This document shows positions 1 through 11,140 of a stretch of DNA of 64,000 nt, piece after piece. Origin of the DNA: Thecamonas trahens ATCC 50062 (Eukaryota > Protista > Apusomonadida); NCBI RefSeq assembly GCF_000142905.1, contig NW_013657636.1:186001-250000 (forward strand), given 5' to 3'. Position numbers and translations under genes: made by a program. The notes under the pieces are model-generated. The model was given only the letters and a program-made list of their open reading frames with translations, was not told the origin of the DNA and did no database searches. The number at the start of each line of letters is the position of its first letter. Positions within the stretch are counted from its first letter, which is position 1.

Positions 1-521
1 GTCGGCTTGATGCCAATGATACCGTTGTATGCCGCAGGCAGACGAACAGATCCGCCGGTGTCCGAGCCAAGCGCAATGTGCGCAGCGTTGATGGCGACCG
101 AGACACCAGCCCCGCCCGACGATCCTCCCGGCGAGCGAGCCGGATGCCAAGGCGAGACGACCGGCCCAGCTGCCGAGTTCTGCGAGTGTGCTCCCATACC
201 AAACTCGTCCAAGTTGGTCTTGCCCACCATCACAGCATCGGGTAGCGCAGCCTTGAGCGCCGCCACTGCCTTTGCCTCAAACGGCGAGACGTAGTCATCA
301 AGCAGCAGTGATGCTGCCGTGCTCGGGCCATCTTCCTCAACAGTACAGATGTTGTCCTTGATCGAGATCCTCACGCCAGCCCCAGCCCCTGTCGCCCCTG
401 ATGCCGTCGCCCCATGCCCTCCCGCCCCACGTCCGCTCCATGCGCTCGGCGGGGTGACCGAGGTAAACGCGTTGAGTCGCGCGTTGGCCCCGGCTAGCCA
501 CTGGGCGTACCGCGCAGCCAT
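1..521 (-). CDS. QRSL1: Amidase-signature protein, GatA/QRSL1-like; 5' part only, runs off the window edge
   Basis: Minus-strand translation from ATG 521 (not in the ORF track): MAARYAQW...GKTNLDEFGMGA...SPGGSSGG...LGSDTGGSVRLPAAYNGIIGIKP, the amidase signature. Confidence 0.85.
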   Translation of the reverse strand, partial: MAARYAQWLAGANARLNAFTSVTPPSAWSGRGAGGHGATASGATGAGAGVRISIKDNICTVEEDGPSTAASLLLDDYVSPFEAKAVAALKAALPDAVMVGKTNLDEFGMGAHSQNSAAGPVVSPWHPARSPGGSSGGAGVSVAINAAHIALGSDTGGSVRLPAAYNGIIGIKP

Positions 522-566
522 AGGAAGTGTTAGAGATAGAGTTAGAGAGGTGTAGTAGTCGGAGTA

Positions 567-583
567 GTGTGTGTGTGTGTGTT

Positions 584-617
<34 letters not shown>
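567..617. repeat. (TG)n microsatellite
   Basis: Imperfect GT run, directly visible. Confidence 0.95.
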
Positions 618-619
<2 letters not shown>

Positions 620-887
620 GCCGTGGCTGATGTGGGTCGGTCGTCCGGTTCCGACGCGACACCGTCGCAAGTTGAGCGATGGGTGGGGCGGGAAGGAGGG
701 GGAGGGGGAGGAGCGGAGGGGGAAGGGGGAAGGGGGGGGCGGACGGGCCGTGAATGGCGGGCTACGATGAGAACTGATCGGGAAGGTCTGGCTGAGCTGA
801 TGAGTGGTTTGAGAGAGTGGGTGTGATTGGTGAGGTGGATGGCTGTGCGCGCAGAGGCGAGGATGCCGGAAGCGCAAGGGGGGTACG

Positions 888-2665
888 TTACTTGGGATTG
901 AAGATCTTGTAGATGCCCGACTTGTGGGCAAATATGAAGAGGTGCTCGGTGTCCTCGTCTGACTTTGACGAGATGTTGCCCGGGCCGATGGAACACGACG
1001 AGTAGGCGGCCGAGGACTGGACGAGGACCCAGCCCTCGGCCCGGAGCGCGTCGAGGACCTCCGAGAGCTTAAAGTTCTTGAGGAGCCAACCGAGCTCTGT
1101 GAGCCCGTAAACACGAGTGTGCAGATCGTCGGACTCGACGGAGAACGGCGGCTTGCGCGGGGGGACAACGCCACCGTTGAGCTGCTTCATGACGGCATCG
1201 ACGGGGCCTTCGATGAGCTTGACGCCTGCACCCTTGACAGTGAGGACGACGTATCGCCTCTGGTATGGCGAGTTTTCAGAGGCAGCCTCGGCCTCGAGCT
1301 CAGACGCAATGAGCTCCTCCAGTTTCGTGACTTGGAAGAACGAGGCCTCGAGCAGGAGGCCTTCGAGTGACACGTCGTCGGGGCGGATGAGAACGCCTGT
1401 CCGAAGGTAGTTGAGGAGCGGGCCAAAGTAACGCGGATCGCGGTCAAAGAGGACGGCACCGGACGCGTCGGTGGCCGACGACCACTCGAAGCCGTCACCC
1501 GAGTCGCGTTGCGAGCGGCCAAACAGCCTGGCCAGCATCGAGTCCGGATCGCGACAGAGGGTGGTGCGCGACGTGTGAAACACTTGGCCGCCCACATTGA
1601 GCGAGACCCAGTCCGAGTTGGGCGGCGGCGCCATCGAGACTGCCGGCGACGAGCCAAGAAGGCCGTCGCCACCGTCCGTCGACGAGTACGCCAGCGCTGC
1701 AGCTGAGAGCGACGGCGCCGATCCGGGACCCGGCATGCAGACCGCCGACGAGACAACCACGGCGGTCTGGGTGGTGAGGACCGAGCCGTCGTCCGAGACC
1801 GAGCACAGATCCGAGCCTTCGGCCGTATCGTGCCGCTGTGAGACAACCGAGAGCACACGCTGCAGCTGCTTCGGCCGCGGCGCGTCCGAGACAAACAGCA
1901 AGTCATTGTTCTGGATGACGTCGACCGACCGCACAAGACCGCCCGACTCAGTGTACACCATCTTGGCGTTGATGCCGAGCTCGCGCGAAGCGACCGTGAG
2001 CAGATCGGCAAAGGTGTTCGGAATAACAACAACAGCCGCCTCGGGCATCTGTGTTGAGCTCTCGGCCGCGTCCAGCGGCGGCATGCCTGGAAGCGTGAGC
2101 CCGGACGGCGGTGCAGCCGCGAGAGAGGCGATAAGGGTACAGCGGCCGCGAGCGACGGCGCGCGACTCGACTGTGAGGCCAAACTGGGGTGCTTCGCCCG
2201 ACGCCACGTAGACCACATCGTCGTCGCGGATCCAAGTGACCGCATCGATGATGGCCCCGCTCTGCGCAAACACTGTGCTTGCCGGCTCGGCGAGCTTGAG
2301 CCGGTCTGTACTTGCCCTCAAGAATGTGCTCATGTCGCTGGGAAGCGCCATAAGCTGTGGATCGAGGCCACGCATGACATGCCGAGACGAGTCGAGCCAT
2401 GACGGCAGGCAGAGGCGGAGTTTGACGGTGGTGTTGATGCGTGGACGAGTCGGAAGGAATGTCCAAGAAGGAATGGCGTGAGTCTGGCGAAATGCGGCAG
2501 CCGAAATGGGGGTAAGAGCAGGTGGCGCAGGTGGAGGAGAGGGGGGGGAGGGGGCACAGAAGGGGGAAACGGGAGCCAGGAAAAGCCAGTGAGCATCATC
2601 ATACGTACCACTCCAGGAGCATGAGGACGTTCATTATCGATCACGGTGCACCGTCCGCTCGCCAT
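888..2665 (-). CDS. KCTD9-like BTB/POZ protein with two KHA/DCX-like domains; 2 exons (2665-2609, 2354-888)
   Basis: BTB motif WVSLNVGGQVFHTSRTTL...DRDPRYFGPLLNYLRTG. Two KHA-like repeats (IRDDDVVYV, IQNNDLLFV). A GTACGT donor at 2608 and CAG acceptor at 2355 join MASGRCTVIDNERPHAPGV|LMALPSD in phase 0. Confidence 0.8.
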
Positions 2666-2720
2666 GCCCACCACCACCCTTGGCGAGAGTGCGGTGGCCA
2701 CGAGTCGCGAGCAGACCATG

Positions 2721-2880
2721 GACCGACCGACCGACCGCCACCCGACCGACTGGCCGACCGACCGCCACCCGACCGACTGGCCGACCGACCGCCACCCGAC
2801 CGACTGGCCGACCGACCGCCACCCGACCGACTGGCCGACCGACCGCCACCCGACCGCCACCCGACCGACCGGCCGCCCAC
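2721..2880. repeat. 27-bp minisatellite (ccgaccgaccgccacccgaccgactgg), about 5 copies, running into an assembly gap
   Basis: Direct tandem copies visible. Confidence 0.9.
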
Positions 2881-2888
2881 CCATCGCA

Positions 2889-3325
2889 NNNNNNNNNNNN
2901 NNNNNNNNNNNNNNNNNNNNNNNNNNNNNNNNNNNNNNNNNNNNNNNNNNNNNNNNNNNNNNNNNNNNNNNNNNNNNNNNNNNNNNNNNNNNNNNNNNNN
3001 NNNNNNNNNNNNNNNNNNNNNNNNNNNNNNNNNNNNNNNNNNNNNNNNNNNNNNNNNNNNNNNNNNNNNNNNNNNNNNNNNNNNNNNNNNNNNNNNNNNN
3101 NNNNNNNNNNNNNNNNNNNNNNNNNNNNNNNNNNNNNNNNNNNNNNNNNNNNNNNNNNNNNNNNNNNNNNNNNNNNNNNNNNNNNNNNNNNNNNNNNNNN
3201 NNNNNNNNNNNNNNNNNNNNNNNNNNNNNNNNNNNNNNNNNNNNNNNNNNNNNNNNNNNNNNNNNNNNNNNNNNNNNNNNNNNNNNNNNNNNNNNNNNNN
3301 NNNNNNNNNNNNNNNNNNNNNNNNN
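2889..3325. other. Assembly gap (N run)
   Basis: Ns. Confidence 1.
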
Positions 3326-3369
3326 CCCTCCCCTCCTCTTCCTCCGCCCCCACGTGTGGTGTATTCAGA

Positions 3370-5172
3370 GGAGATGCAGGAGGAACAGCAGAAATGCTCG
3401 CACATTGGGTGCAACTACCACTCGAACGGGTCTTCGCGGAGCAACCGGGCGGTGTGCTACCAAGCCCATGAGCGCAACATGAGGTACGGCGAGGACCATG
3501 TCGATGAAGGGGGTGACTAGTTCCTGGATGTGCATATATTTACTAACTCAACCCCCCCCCCCCCCCCCCTCCCTCCCCGCTCATCCTCTATAGACGCCAT
3601 CTCGATCACTTCAAGGCAGCTCATGATACTTGCCCTTGCTGCATTCAGATGATCTCCCGTGGACTGTGGACGCTTGATATGGCAAGGGATCTGGACAGTG
3701 GTGTCTCGACCGTCACGTACAAGAAGGATTACAAGGAAGGGCCTAATGCGGCGCAGCCGATACTGCCGCCGGTCATTGTGGAAAAAGTGGCGACTCGGGA
3801 AGTCCGCGCCTCCCGCAGGAGAGAGTCACGCCGTCGTGGTGGAGAGGTCCGTGGCGGCCGGGCGAACAAGCGCCAGACGGTCATCTTCTCCATGGCGGAC
3901 ACAGCCAAGGCTGCTCGCCAGGTCTCTCAGGCGACGGTCACCCCGTACGGCCGATCCAAGCTTGCCCTCGCGCTCCAGTCGGAGAACTGGGAGGAGATGG
4001 CGTGGGCGCTCAACGCGCTGACCACGCTAGTCTACGCGCCTGACGCCCAGCACCGGGCCAAGGCCGTCAAGCTCACCGAGCTCCCACCAGCCACGCTCGA
4101 CCACCTCCTTGCCGCCATCCACGACCTCTGCCGCATGGACGACCTGAACGTCCTTGCCATTCGCGCCGCCGACCCGCACGCCGCTATCGACCCCTCCGAG
4201 CTCTACAGCACGCCCGACGAGCTGCGGTCGGCGCTGAGCCAGGCCCCGCACCTCGCCACTGCGCTCGACTCGCTGCTCGATGCACATGCCAACTGCGCCC
4301 CGGGCGTCATGGCCCCGCCGCCATCGCTCGACATCATGCTCGAGCTCGCCGCCCTGCAGGCCACCCTCGGCTCGGCCGTCCGCCGCCATGAGAACCTCCG
4401 CGCAGCCTTCAACATCATCCGCTTCCTCGCCCTGGAGCCGCACAACGTCGCCACCATGGCCGCGCACTCTGGCCTCTACGCCACCCTCGTCCGCACCCTC
4501 GACAAGCTGCCCGAGGACGTCGTCCCACTCGCCATCGAGATCTTTGCTCAGCTGGCCGGCGCAGTCACGCTCAGCACCTTTGACGAGGCCTCCGACGAGG
4601 CCGACACCACAGCCTCGGGCCCGGCGCCCATGGACATCGCGTCCGAGCCCACCTCCAACAACGAGCACTCGGCCCAGCCCGAAAAGCCGGCGTCGATCGT
4701 CCCGGTCCTGGTCTCCCTCCTGCACACCTCGGACGACGCCCGGGTCATCCGCGGCACTCTCGAGTCGCTCGCTGCCCTCGCGTCGAACCTCGACAATGGC
4801 ATGGTCCTCGACCACGGGCCCTCCATCTACGCCCGCGCAATTGAGCTCATCCGCGACTCGGGCGTTTCAGGCCTCATCGCCGTCCTCGCTCTCCGCATGC
4901 TCAACAACTTTTGCGCCCTGGACATGTCGCCGCGGGTTGCCATCGCCGCTGTCCCGGGCACTCTTCCGCTCCTCCTCTCGCTCCTCGACCCGAACGCCAT
5001 CTCTTCCTCCTACGTCCCCTTTGCTGCCCAGCAGCTCATCCTCTACCTTGTCGGCGCCCCGGCCAACCGTCCGCTCTTCCGTATCTACCTCGACGCCGCC
5101 TACGCTCTCATGGAGCCGAGCTCCTCCTTCCAGGACCTTGGCACCCTCATCGTCACCGAGCTCATCTCTTAA
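3370..5172 (+). CDS. ARM-repeat protein resembling the ARID1/BAF250 C-terminal domain or plant LFR (SWI/SNF), with an N-terminal Cys/His motif; intron 3484-3593; 5' end may lie in the gap
   Basis: KLALALQSENWEEMAWALNALTTLVY resembles the ARID1/LFR motif. The intron has a GTACGG donor, TACTAAC branch point and TAG acceptor, and joins in frame with ORF 3649..5172. Confidence 0.65.
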
Positions 5173-5229
5173 TCGCCCACTCTTCCCTCCATCCGGCATT
5201 ATGGATGGCTAAACGATCAACCTCTGCTA

Positions 5230-6050
5230 TCCCTTCACGGTACTGTCGTTCGGACGCATTGACGCGCGTCTTCAAGTGAACAACTCGATGATGCTTGACT
5301 TCTCGGTGGGTGGGAGGCGCGCCCGCACGTGATGGCGGCCGACACGTAGACGCCCGCCTGGAGGATGCCCGAGTTGCCGTCGCGGTCACGGACGCCTGGG
5401 AGCATGAGCGAGGCGCGCGAGGTGCCGTATGGCGCCGATCCGGAGGAGCGGCGGGCGCGGACGGTGTTGAGCTTGTCGTTGACGACCCCGACGACCGGGA
5501 AGGAGAGCATCACAGGGTTGACCACCAGATGGGAGGGCGCGAGGACGTCTTGCGACGGACGAGCTTGCCGGTCGGCGTGGCCGCGCAAGTGGTGGCACGC
5601 CATCTTGTACTGGATTCTGGACGCCGCGCTTATCAGCGCGCACGCGCTCTACGCTGCCCTGAGCCCACGTCCCGCCATGACTCGCGTGGCTTTTGTCTAC
5701 GACATCATCGACGCCCCGCCGCCGGCGCCGACGCCGTCAGCTCCGCGCCGTCGCGCAAGCGGAAGCGTCCCTCTGCAGCGGCTGCTCGTCATCACCACTC
5801 TCCCCAACAAGCCGCTCTGCGACGCGACTGCCTCACCTGCCGGAAGCTTCATGGTATGCGATCGCGGCCGCGGACCTTTTGCGCTGCGTGCGGCTTCCAT
5901 CTCTGCATCGCCGACTGTTTTCTGTTGTGGCAGCCATGAACACATTGTGCTACTCTTTTACAGCAATTCATGGACGTTGCGACATCTGTGGAGCGTCGCG
6001 GAGCGCGCGGCTTGCGCGATGGACAAATTTGTCCTTTCCGTATCGTAAGC
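5230..6050 (+). mobile_element. Degenerate, rearranged piggyBac-type transposon relic
   Basis: RKWWHAILYWILDAALISAHALY (piggyBac post-catalytic motif) and a C-terminal Cys-rich domain CLTC...RTFCAACGFHLCIADCF in a shifted frame. Weak terminal similarity: CCCTTCACGGTAC versus revcomp CGCTTACGATAC. Confidence 0.75.
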
Positions 6051-6224
6051 GCTAAACGACCTTCATGAAGCCTCACCCCAATTAATCGACGCCGAACCAT
6101 CAAAAAGGCCAACCATTCCGTCACGCCCCACTCAGTCTGGCCCCACCCCCAACCCCCCCCCCACCCCCCCACTCCCAAACCCTCCACCTCCCCACACACC
6201 CTACGTACAGAGCCCCAAACCAGC

Positions 6225-7343
6225 ATGGCTCTTAACAACGACGCCAAGTACCAGTCGCTCAACCAGCTCCTTCAATGGTCGATCGCTAACTCGTCGCCTG
6301 AGGCGCTTGCGGCGGCGACAGCGTCGGCGACGGCGGCGGAGGGAACGACGACGACGACAGACACATCATCATCATCAGCAGCACCATCGTTGGAGCCGAT
6401 CGATCCAAAGTGGTTGGATGCGATGTTTCCGGACGAGGCAAAGAAGATGAAGGAGACACTGGTGGTGCTGGCCAACACAGAGGCGAGTCTGGATGAGCGC
6501 GAGCTCGCTCTGGAGGATCTGCTGTTTATGGTCGAGAACATTGATGCCGCGTCGGACCTTTGTCGCATCGATGGCGTGGCCCCGTTGCTGATGCTGGTCC
6601 GCCGAACAGAGGCACCTCCGAGCCTTCGCATCGGTGCTGCATGGGTTCTTGCCACCGCATCGCAGAACAATCCTTTCACCCAGGAGATCATCCTCAACCA
6701 CGGCGGCATGGCCACTGCCGTCGGCCTTCTCGACGATCTGGCTTCTGTGCTTGTCGGCGGCTCGCCGTCTCCCCTCGATGATGACGAGCTTCCATCGCCG
6801 CTGGCATTGGACAGGTCAGTCGCTCCAGGCGAGCCCGATCTTGACGCCATTGCTCTTGCCAAGAAGCTCCTCTCACTGGTCTCGGCGCTGATCGAGCACC
6901 GCGACGGGCTCGCCGCGCTGCTGGCGGCTGCCGATGACGACATCCACTCGCCGCTCAAAGTCTTGGGCACGCTGCTGCACCTTCCGTTTGCGGCGCAGCC
7001 GGTTTGCGCCCTTGTCACTCGCACTCTTGTTCTCGTCAACAAGTTGTTTACCCGCGACTCGGCTTCCGAGACGGTGGCCCCGGCGCTGAACGACAGCAAC
7101 CCGCTGATCGAGGCACTAGTTGCACTTGTTGTCTCACCGGGCCTTGATGTCGATGACTACCTGGCGCTGGCCGAGGCGGCGGTTGCGGCGGTGGTGTCGG
7201 GCGGAGCGCTCAGCGTCATCAGCGCCGACGACGCGGAAGCCGCTGGCGTAGCACTCCGGGCGCGGCTGGCTGAAGCCGAGGCCGCCGGCAAGCTCGACAG
7301 CGACCGGCACAGCGAGCTGCAAGCCGCGGTGGCGCGATTGTAG
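6225..7343 (+). CDS. HSPBP1: Hsp70 nucleotide exchange factor Fes1/HSPBP1
   Basis: LNQLLQWSIANS, IDPKWLDAMF, LEDLLFMVENIDAASDL, AAWVLATASQNNP. Confidence 0.88.
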   Translation: MALNNDAKYQSLNQLLQWSIANSSPEALAAATASATAAEGTTTTTDTSSSSAAPSLEPIDPKWLDAMFPDEAKKMKETLVVLANTEASLDERELALEDLLFMVENIDAASDLCRIDGVAPLLMLVRRTEAPPSLRIGAAWVLATASQNNPFTQEIILNHGGMATAVGLLDDLASVLVGGSPSPLDDDELPSPLALDRSVAPGEPDLDAIALAKKLLSLVSALIEHRDGLAALLAAADDDIHSPLKVLGTLLHLPFAAQPVCALVTRTLVLVNKLFTRDSASETVAPALNDSNPLIEALVALVVSPGLDVDDYLALAEAAVAAVVSGGALSVISADDAEAAGVALRARLAEAEAAGKLDSDRHSELQAAVARL

Positions 7344-7358
7344 TCAGTTAACACAACA

Positions 7359-10300
7359 TCACAGGAAGTACTCCATCTCGGAGCGGACGTACAGGTCCGG
7401 GCCAGCGGTGACCGAGGGCAGCGCGGGGCCCTCGCCACAGCCTGGCGGGAAGATGGGCTTTGGCTGCGGGGCGAGCGGCGTGAGGTCTGGGTAGAACGGG
7501 ACAAGCGCGTCGGGGTTGGCCACGTACGCATCATTGTAGACACGCCAGTACGCAGAGCGGACCTTGCGCGCCGGGTGAAACAGGCCCTGCAGCGTGTACA
7601 TGAGAATGCGTGGCGCGCCGAGGGCAAGCCGCGACGCCATGATGGCGTCCATGACCGCGTTAATCACGTGCGGCGAAGTCTCGAGGATGTTGGGCCAAAC
7701 GTAGTTGAGGAGATGCAGGACCGCGTCTTCGCACGAGAGACCGTACACGCCGAGCGCCAGGTGCTGGACCACGGTGGCGGCGGTCTGCCGGTGGACCGGA
7801 TCCTTGTCCATCAGCGCGTCCTGCAGCAGCGGCGCGACGGCGTAGATGTAGTCCTTGGCCATCTCGCCGATGTACTGGAACATAAAGCTGAGAGCCTTAA
7901 GCACGCCGTTCTGGACGTTGATCTCGGGCACCCGGTACTCGTTCATGAGCGAGGGGAGGACCGTGAACGGCGAACAGGCCTCGGCGACGATGGCGATGGC
8001 CACCGTGGTGCAGACCCGGTTCTGGCGCTCTTGCACTTTGAGGTTGGCCAGCAGCGTGGCAAGCACGTCCTGCGGACCGATGGCCTTGGCAATAAAGCCA
8101 AAGGTCGAGACTGCGGCGGCGCGGGTCGACTTGCGGGTCGCCTTGAGCAGGTCGAGCAGGTCGAAGCAGATGCGCATCCACTCGCGACCAGAGACAAAGC
8201 GAGCACCACGGTCGGCGATGCGGCCGACAAGCCGGATGCAATTCTCCTGGACCTTTTCGTGCCGGTTGCGGAGAATGGGCGTGAGCCGCGGAAGCAGGTC
8301 GCGGATCGGCGGCGTCATCTTGGTCATGCCAATGACCGAGACAATGGCCGAGAGCGCGCCGAGGATCGAGCCGAGAACCTCGGGGAACTCCTCGCCCAAG
8401 TTCTCGTAAAAGACAACGGCCATCCGCGCAAGGCGCACTTCCTCGTCACACTCGATGACGACGGGCGCAATGGCGGCAACCAGGTCGGCCGCGTACTCCC
8501 GGACATGCGGCATGGCATTGTTGAGCCGCCACTTGACCGCAGTGAAAATAGGCTGCAGGTACGGCTTGACGCGGACGCCAAGCGCGTTGACAAACGCCGC
8601 GAGCCCGCGGAGGAACACTACGTCCTGCGTCGACTGGTCTTGGAACGCCAGAACGAGCGCGTCGAGGACCCGCTCCTCCAGCCGCACATCGACGTCAGCA
8701 ACGCCGCAGGCCTCGACAACCTTGGTCACCGTCAGCACTGCTGTGCGGCGGAACGGCTCCGAGTCGTCGCGAATGTACTCGATGAGTCGGGTGAGGATCG
8801 GGGCGCCTCCGACCTTGACAGCCAGCGCCACCGTGGTGTCCTCCAACTGCCGCGCGCAGCGCGCGTCGAGCGCATTGCGGCGGACCCACATGTGGGCAAA
8901 AAACTCGGGCAAGACTTCGGCGGTGACGTAGTCGGCCGGCACCCCGTCGGCGCCAATCACCTGTTCGACCACCTTGAGCACAACCAGCTTCATGTCGTCG
9001 AGAACCGTCGAAAAGTGCTTGACCAGCACAACCATGACCTCGCGGGTGTAGTGGTTGGCGTGCGCCGGCTCCATGAGCGGAATGATGAACCCAATGGCCT
9101 TGAGGAAAGCCGCAAGTGTCCGGCCTGAATGGATCTTGATGCCCTCCCACAGCGGCTCCACAACTGGGTCAAAGGCGTCGATGCCGTACGGCGCCGATGC
9201 CTCGGCCAGCGCCGCCAGCGCGTTGGCAGCCATGTTGCTCACGCTCGGCTTGACGTCGGTCACCTGTGGCGCCACAATCGCCACCAGCGACTGTAGGTGC
9301 GGTAGGATGCCCACACCTTGCAGGATGGCCAGCTGCTGCACGATCTTGACTCCGGTGTGCCGTGCCTGCCACGTCTGTGACGCAACCACCGCCTCGAGCA
9401 GTGGAATGAGGAGCGGGACGCCGAGAGCGACACCCACAACAGCAAAGGCGCGCGCAGTCACGTCGCGGACCACGTGGTCGGCGTGATCGATGTCTTGCCG
9501 CATATTGGCCACCATCGACGTCAGGCCTGCAGCCTTGGCCAGGTTCGAGATGACTTCGCGGCCCTCGACGCGCGCGTATGGGTCTTCGTCAACAAGCATC
9601 GGCTCGATGACTACCAGAATCTTGTGCACAAACGGCCGGACCGCGCTCTTGAGCTTGTACAGCACACGGTCCACAACCTTGACCAGAAGATGCCGCTCCG
9701 CGTCCTCGAGCGACGGCGCAAGGAAGAGTGGCAGGATCTGCCCAAACAGCGCGCTCGCGCCCAGCTCGTTGGCCTTGTCGGTGATGGTTCTCAGGGCGAC
9801 CTTGCGCTGCGACGGCAGCCCGTTCTTGATCTTCAGCAGCAGCCGCAGCACCTTGCGCTCTTTCTGCTCGTCAGTCGAGAGGCTCGACGCATCCTCGGCC
9901 TCGGCGTCCTTGCCCAGAATCGGAGCAAAGTACTCATAGTCGTCCGGCTTGAGCGAGTGAACTCCCGACCGCTCGGCGTCTGCCACCATTCCGGGCTGGA
10001 CCCCGTAGGCCTCGAGCGAGACGGTACCCTCGGCAGCCGGCATGACGTACGCGTCTTCGCCCGAGACTGCGCCGCTGCCCGGCGCCCGAGTCCGTGACGT
10101 TGCCAGCGCACCCGGGTGCTGCTCGACGTAGCCGGCCGGCGGCTCGACAATGGCAAAACCCTGTGGAAGGAGCGCATCCAGTTGCGCGTCCGTCCACGTC
10201 GAGCCGACGCCCCCGGCCGCCGACGCCGGCTGGGTCGCCTTGGCTCCGGCCTTGCCGCCTGGGCCGGTCTTGGCCTCGTCTTCGCCGTCCGACGCCACGT

Positions 10301-10958
10301 CCCATCGCGAGACCTTGCGGCGCTTGGCCGCCGGCGCCACAGCATCGTCGCCTGCTGCAGAAGCAGCAGTGCCAGCAACAGTCTCCTGTCCACCAGAGGC
10401 AGCCTCTGTCCTAGCGCCCCAGCGAGTCCGCTTTCGCGACCGGCCCTGCGGCGGTTCAGCCGAGCTTGCGACCGACGACGTCGACGGAGTGGCAGCAGTA
10501 GGCTCAACCGACGGCGGTGTCGAGCCGGTGATCTCCGCAGCTGCCTGGGCACGCTCAATCTCGGCTACACGAGCCCTGATCTGAGCATCAGCTCGGGCCA
10601 GCTTTGCCTCCTGGAGAACAAGAGCGTACGACCTGGTCTCCTTTGCCTTGCCAGCAGCTACCGCATACGGATCCGCCCGCTCCGGTGACAGCTCCCTCCT
10701 CAACCGAGCTGCTCTCTCTGCCTTTGCTGCTTCCTTTGCATGATGAGCATCCATAGCCGACCGCAGTGCATCTCCGCCTCTTCCAGCACCATTCGCACCT
10801 CTCACACTCGCTCCTGCCGTAGCCTCTGCCGCCGCCACCGCCGCCGCCGCCGTATCCTTTGCCGCTGCCGCGGCAGCAGCAGAAGCCGCAGCCAGTGTGG
10901 TGGGTACATGCACTGCAGTCGTCCGGGTCACCTCCATGTCCTCGTCGGAGGAAGACAT
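7359..10958 (-). CDS. SF3B1: Splicing factor 3B subunit 1
   Basis: HEAT region LLLKIKNG...[17 protein letters not shown]...[13 protein letters not shown]...[12 protein letters not shown]. Confidence 0.98.
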   Translation of the reverse strand: MSSSDEDMEVTRTTAVHVPTTLAAASAAAAAAAKDTAAAAVAAAEATAGASVRGANGAGRGGDALRSAMDAHHAKEAAKAERAARLRRELSPERADPYAVAAGKAKETRSYALVLQEAKLARADAQIRARVAEIERAQAAAEITGSTPPSVEPTAATPSTSSVASSAEPPQGRSRKRTRWGARTEAASGGQETVAGTAASAAGDDAVAPAAKRRKVSRWDVASDGEDEAKTGPGGKAGAKATQPASAAGGVGSTWTDAQLDALLPQGFAIVEPPAGYVEQHPGALATSRTRAPGSGAVSGEDAYVMPAAEGTVSLEAYGVQPGMVADAERSGVHSLKPDDYEYFAPILGKDAEAEDASSLSTDEQKERKVLRLLLKIKNGLPSQRKVALRTITDKANELGASALFGQILPLFLAPSLEDAERHLLVKVVDRVLYKLKSAVRPFVHKILVVIEPMLVDEDPYARVEGREVISNLAKAAGLTSMVANMRQDIDHADHVVRDVTARAFAVVGVALGVPLLIPLLEAVVASQTWQARHTGVKIVQQLAILQGVGILPHLQSLVAIVAPQVTDVKPSVSNMAANALAALAEASAPYGIDAFDPVVEPLWEGIKIHSGRTLAAFLKAIGFIIPLMEPAHANHYTREVMVVLVKHFSTVLDDMKLVVLKVVEQVIGADGVPADYVTAEVLPEFFAHMWVRRNALDARCARQLEDTTVALAVKVGGAPILTRLIEYIRDDSEPFRRTAVLTVTKVVEACGVADVDVRLEERVLDALVLAFQDQSTQDVVFLRGLAAFVNALGVRVKPYLQPIFTAVKWRLNNAMPHVREYAADLVAAIAPVVIECDEEVRLARMAVVFYENLGEEFPEVLGSILGALSAIVSVIGMTKMTPPIRDLLPRLTPILRNRHEKVQENCIRLVGRIADRGARFVSGREWMRICFDLLDLLKATRKSTRAAAVSTFGFIAKAIGPQDVLATLLANLKVQERQNRVCTTVAIAIVAEACSPFTVLPSLMNEYRVPEINVQNGVLKALSFMFQYIGEMAKDYIYAVAPLLQDALMDKDPVHRQTAATVVQHLALGVYGLSCEDAVLHLLNYVWPNILETSPHVINAVMDAIMASRLALGAPRILMYTLQGLFHPARKVRSAYWRVYNDAYVANPDALVPFYPDLTPLAPQPKPIFPPGCGEGPALPSVTAGPDLYVRSEMEYFL

Positions 10959-10967
10959 ATTGCTATA

Positions 10968-10970
10968 TGT

Positions 10971-11007
<37 letters not shown>

Positions 11008-11020
11008 TGTGTGTGTGTGG
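10968..11020. repeat. (TG)n microsatellite
   Basis: Visible GT run. Confidence 0.9.
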
Positions 11021-11140
11021 TGAGGGGTGGGGGTGGGGGGTGAGGTGACGGTCAGTCGGCGAGTTGCCTGTTGCGGATGCGTGGTCTTTGGCCGACAAGA
11101 GAGAGGAGAAGGGAGAGAGAGGGCAATGGCGATGATGGCT

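Noticed and set aside
2522-3520. ORFs spanning the N gaps (also 10963-11628)
   Set aside because: Artefacts of translating Ns and tandem repeats.
7575-9128. Long antisense or alternative-frame ORFs (also 57897-59597, 54554-56191, 28184-29296, 50561-51859)
   Set aside because: Shadow ORFs expected from high GC3 codon bias opposite well-conserved genes.
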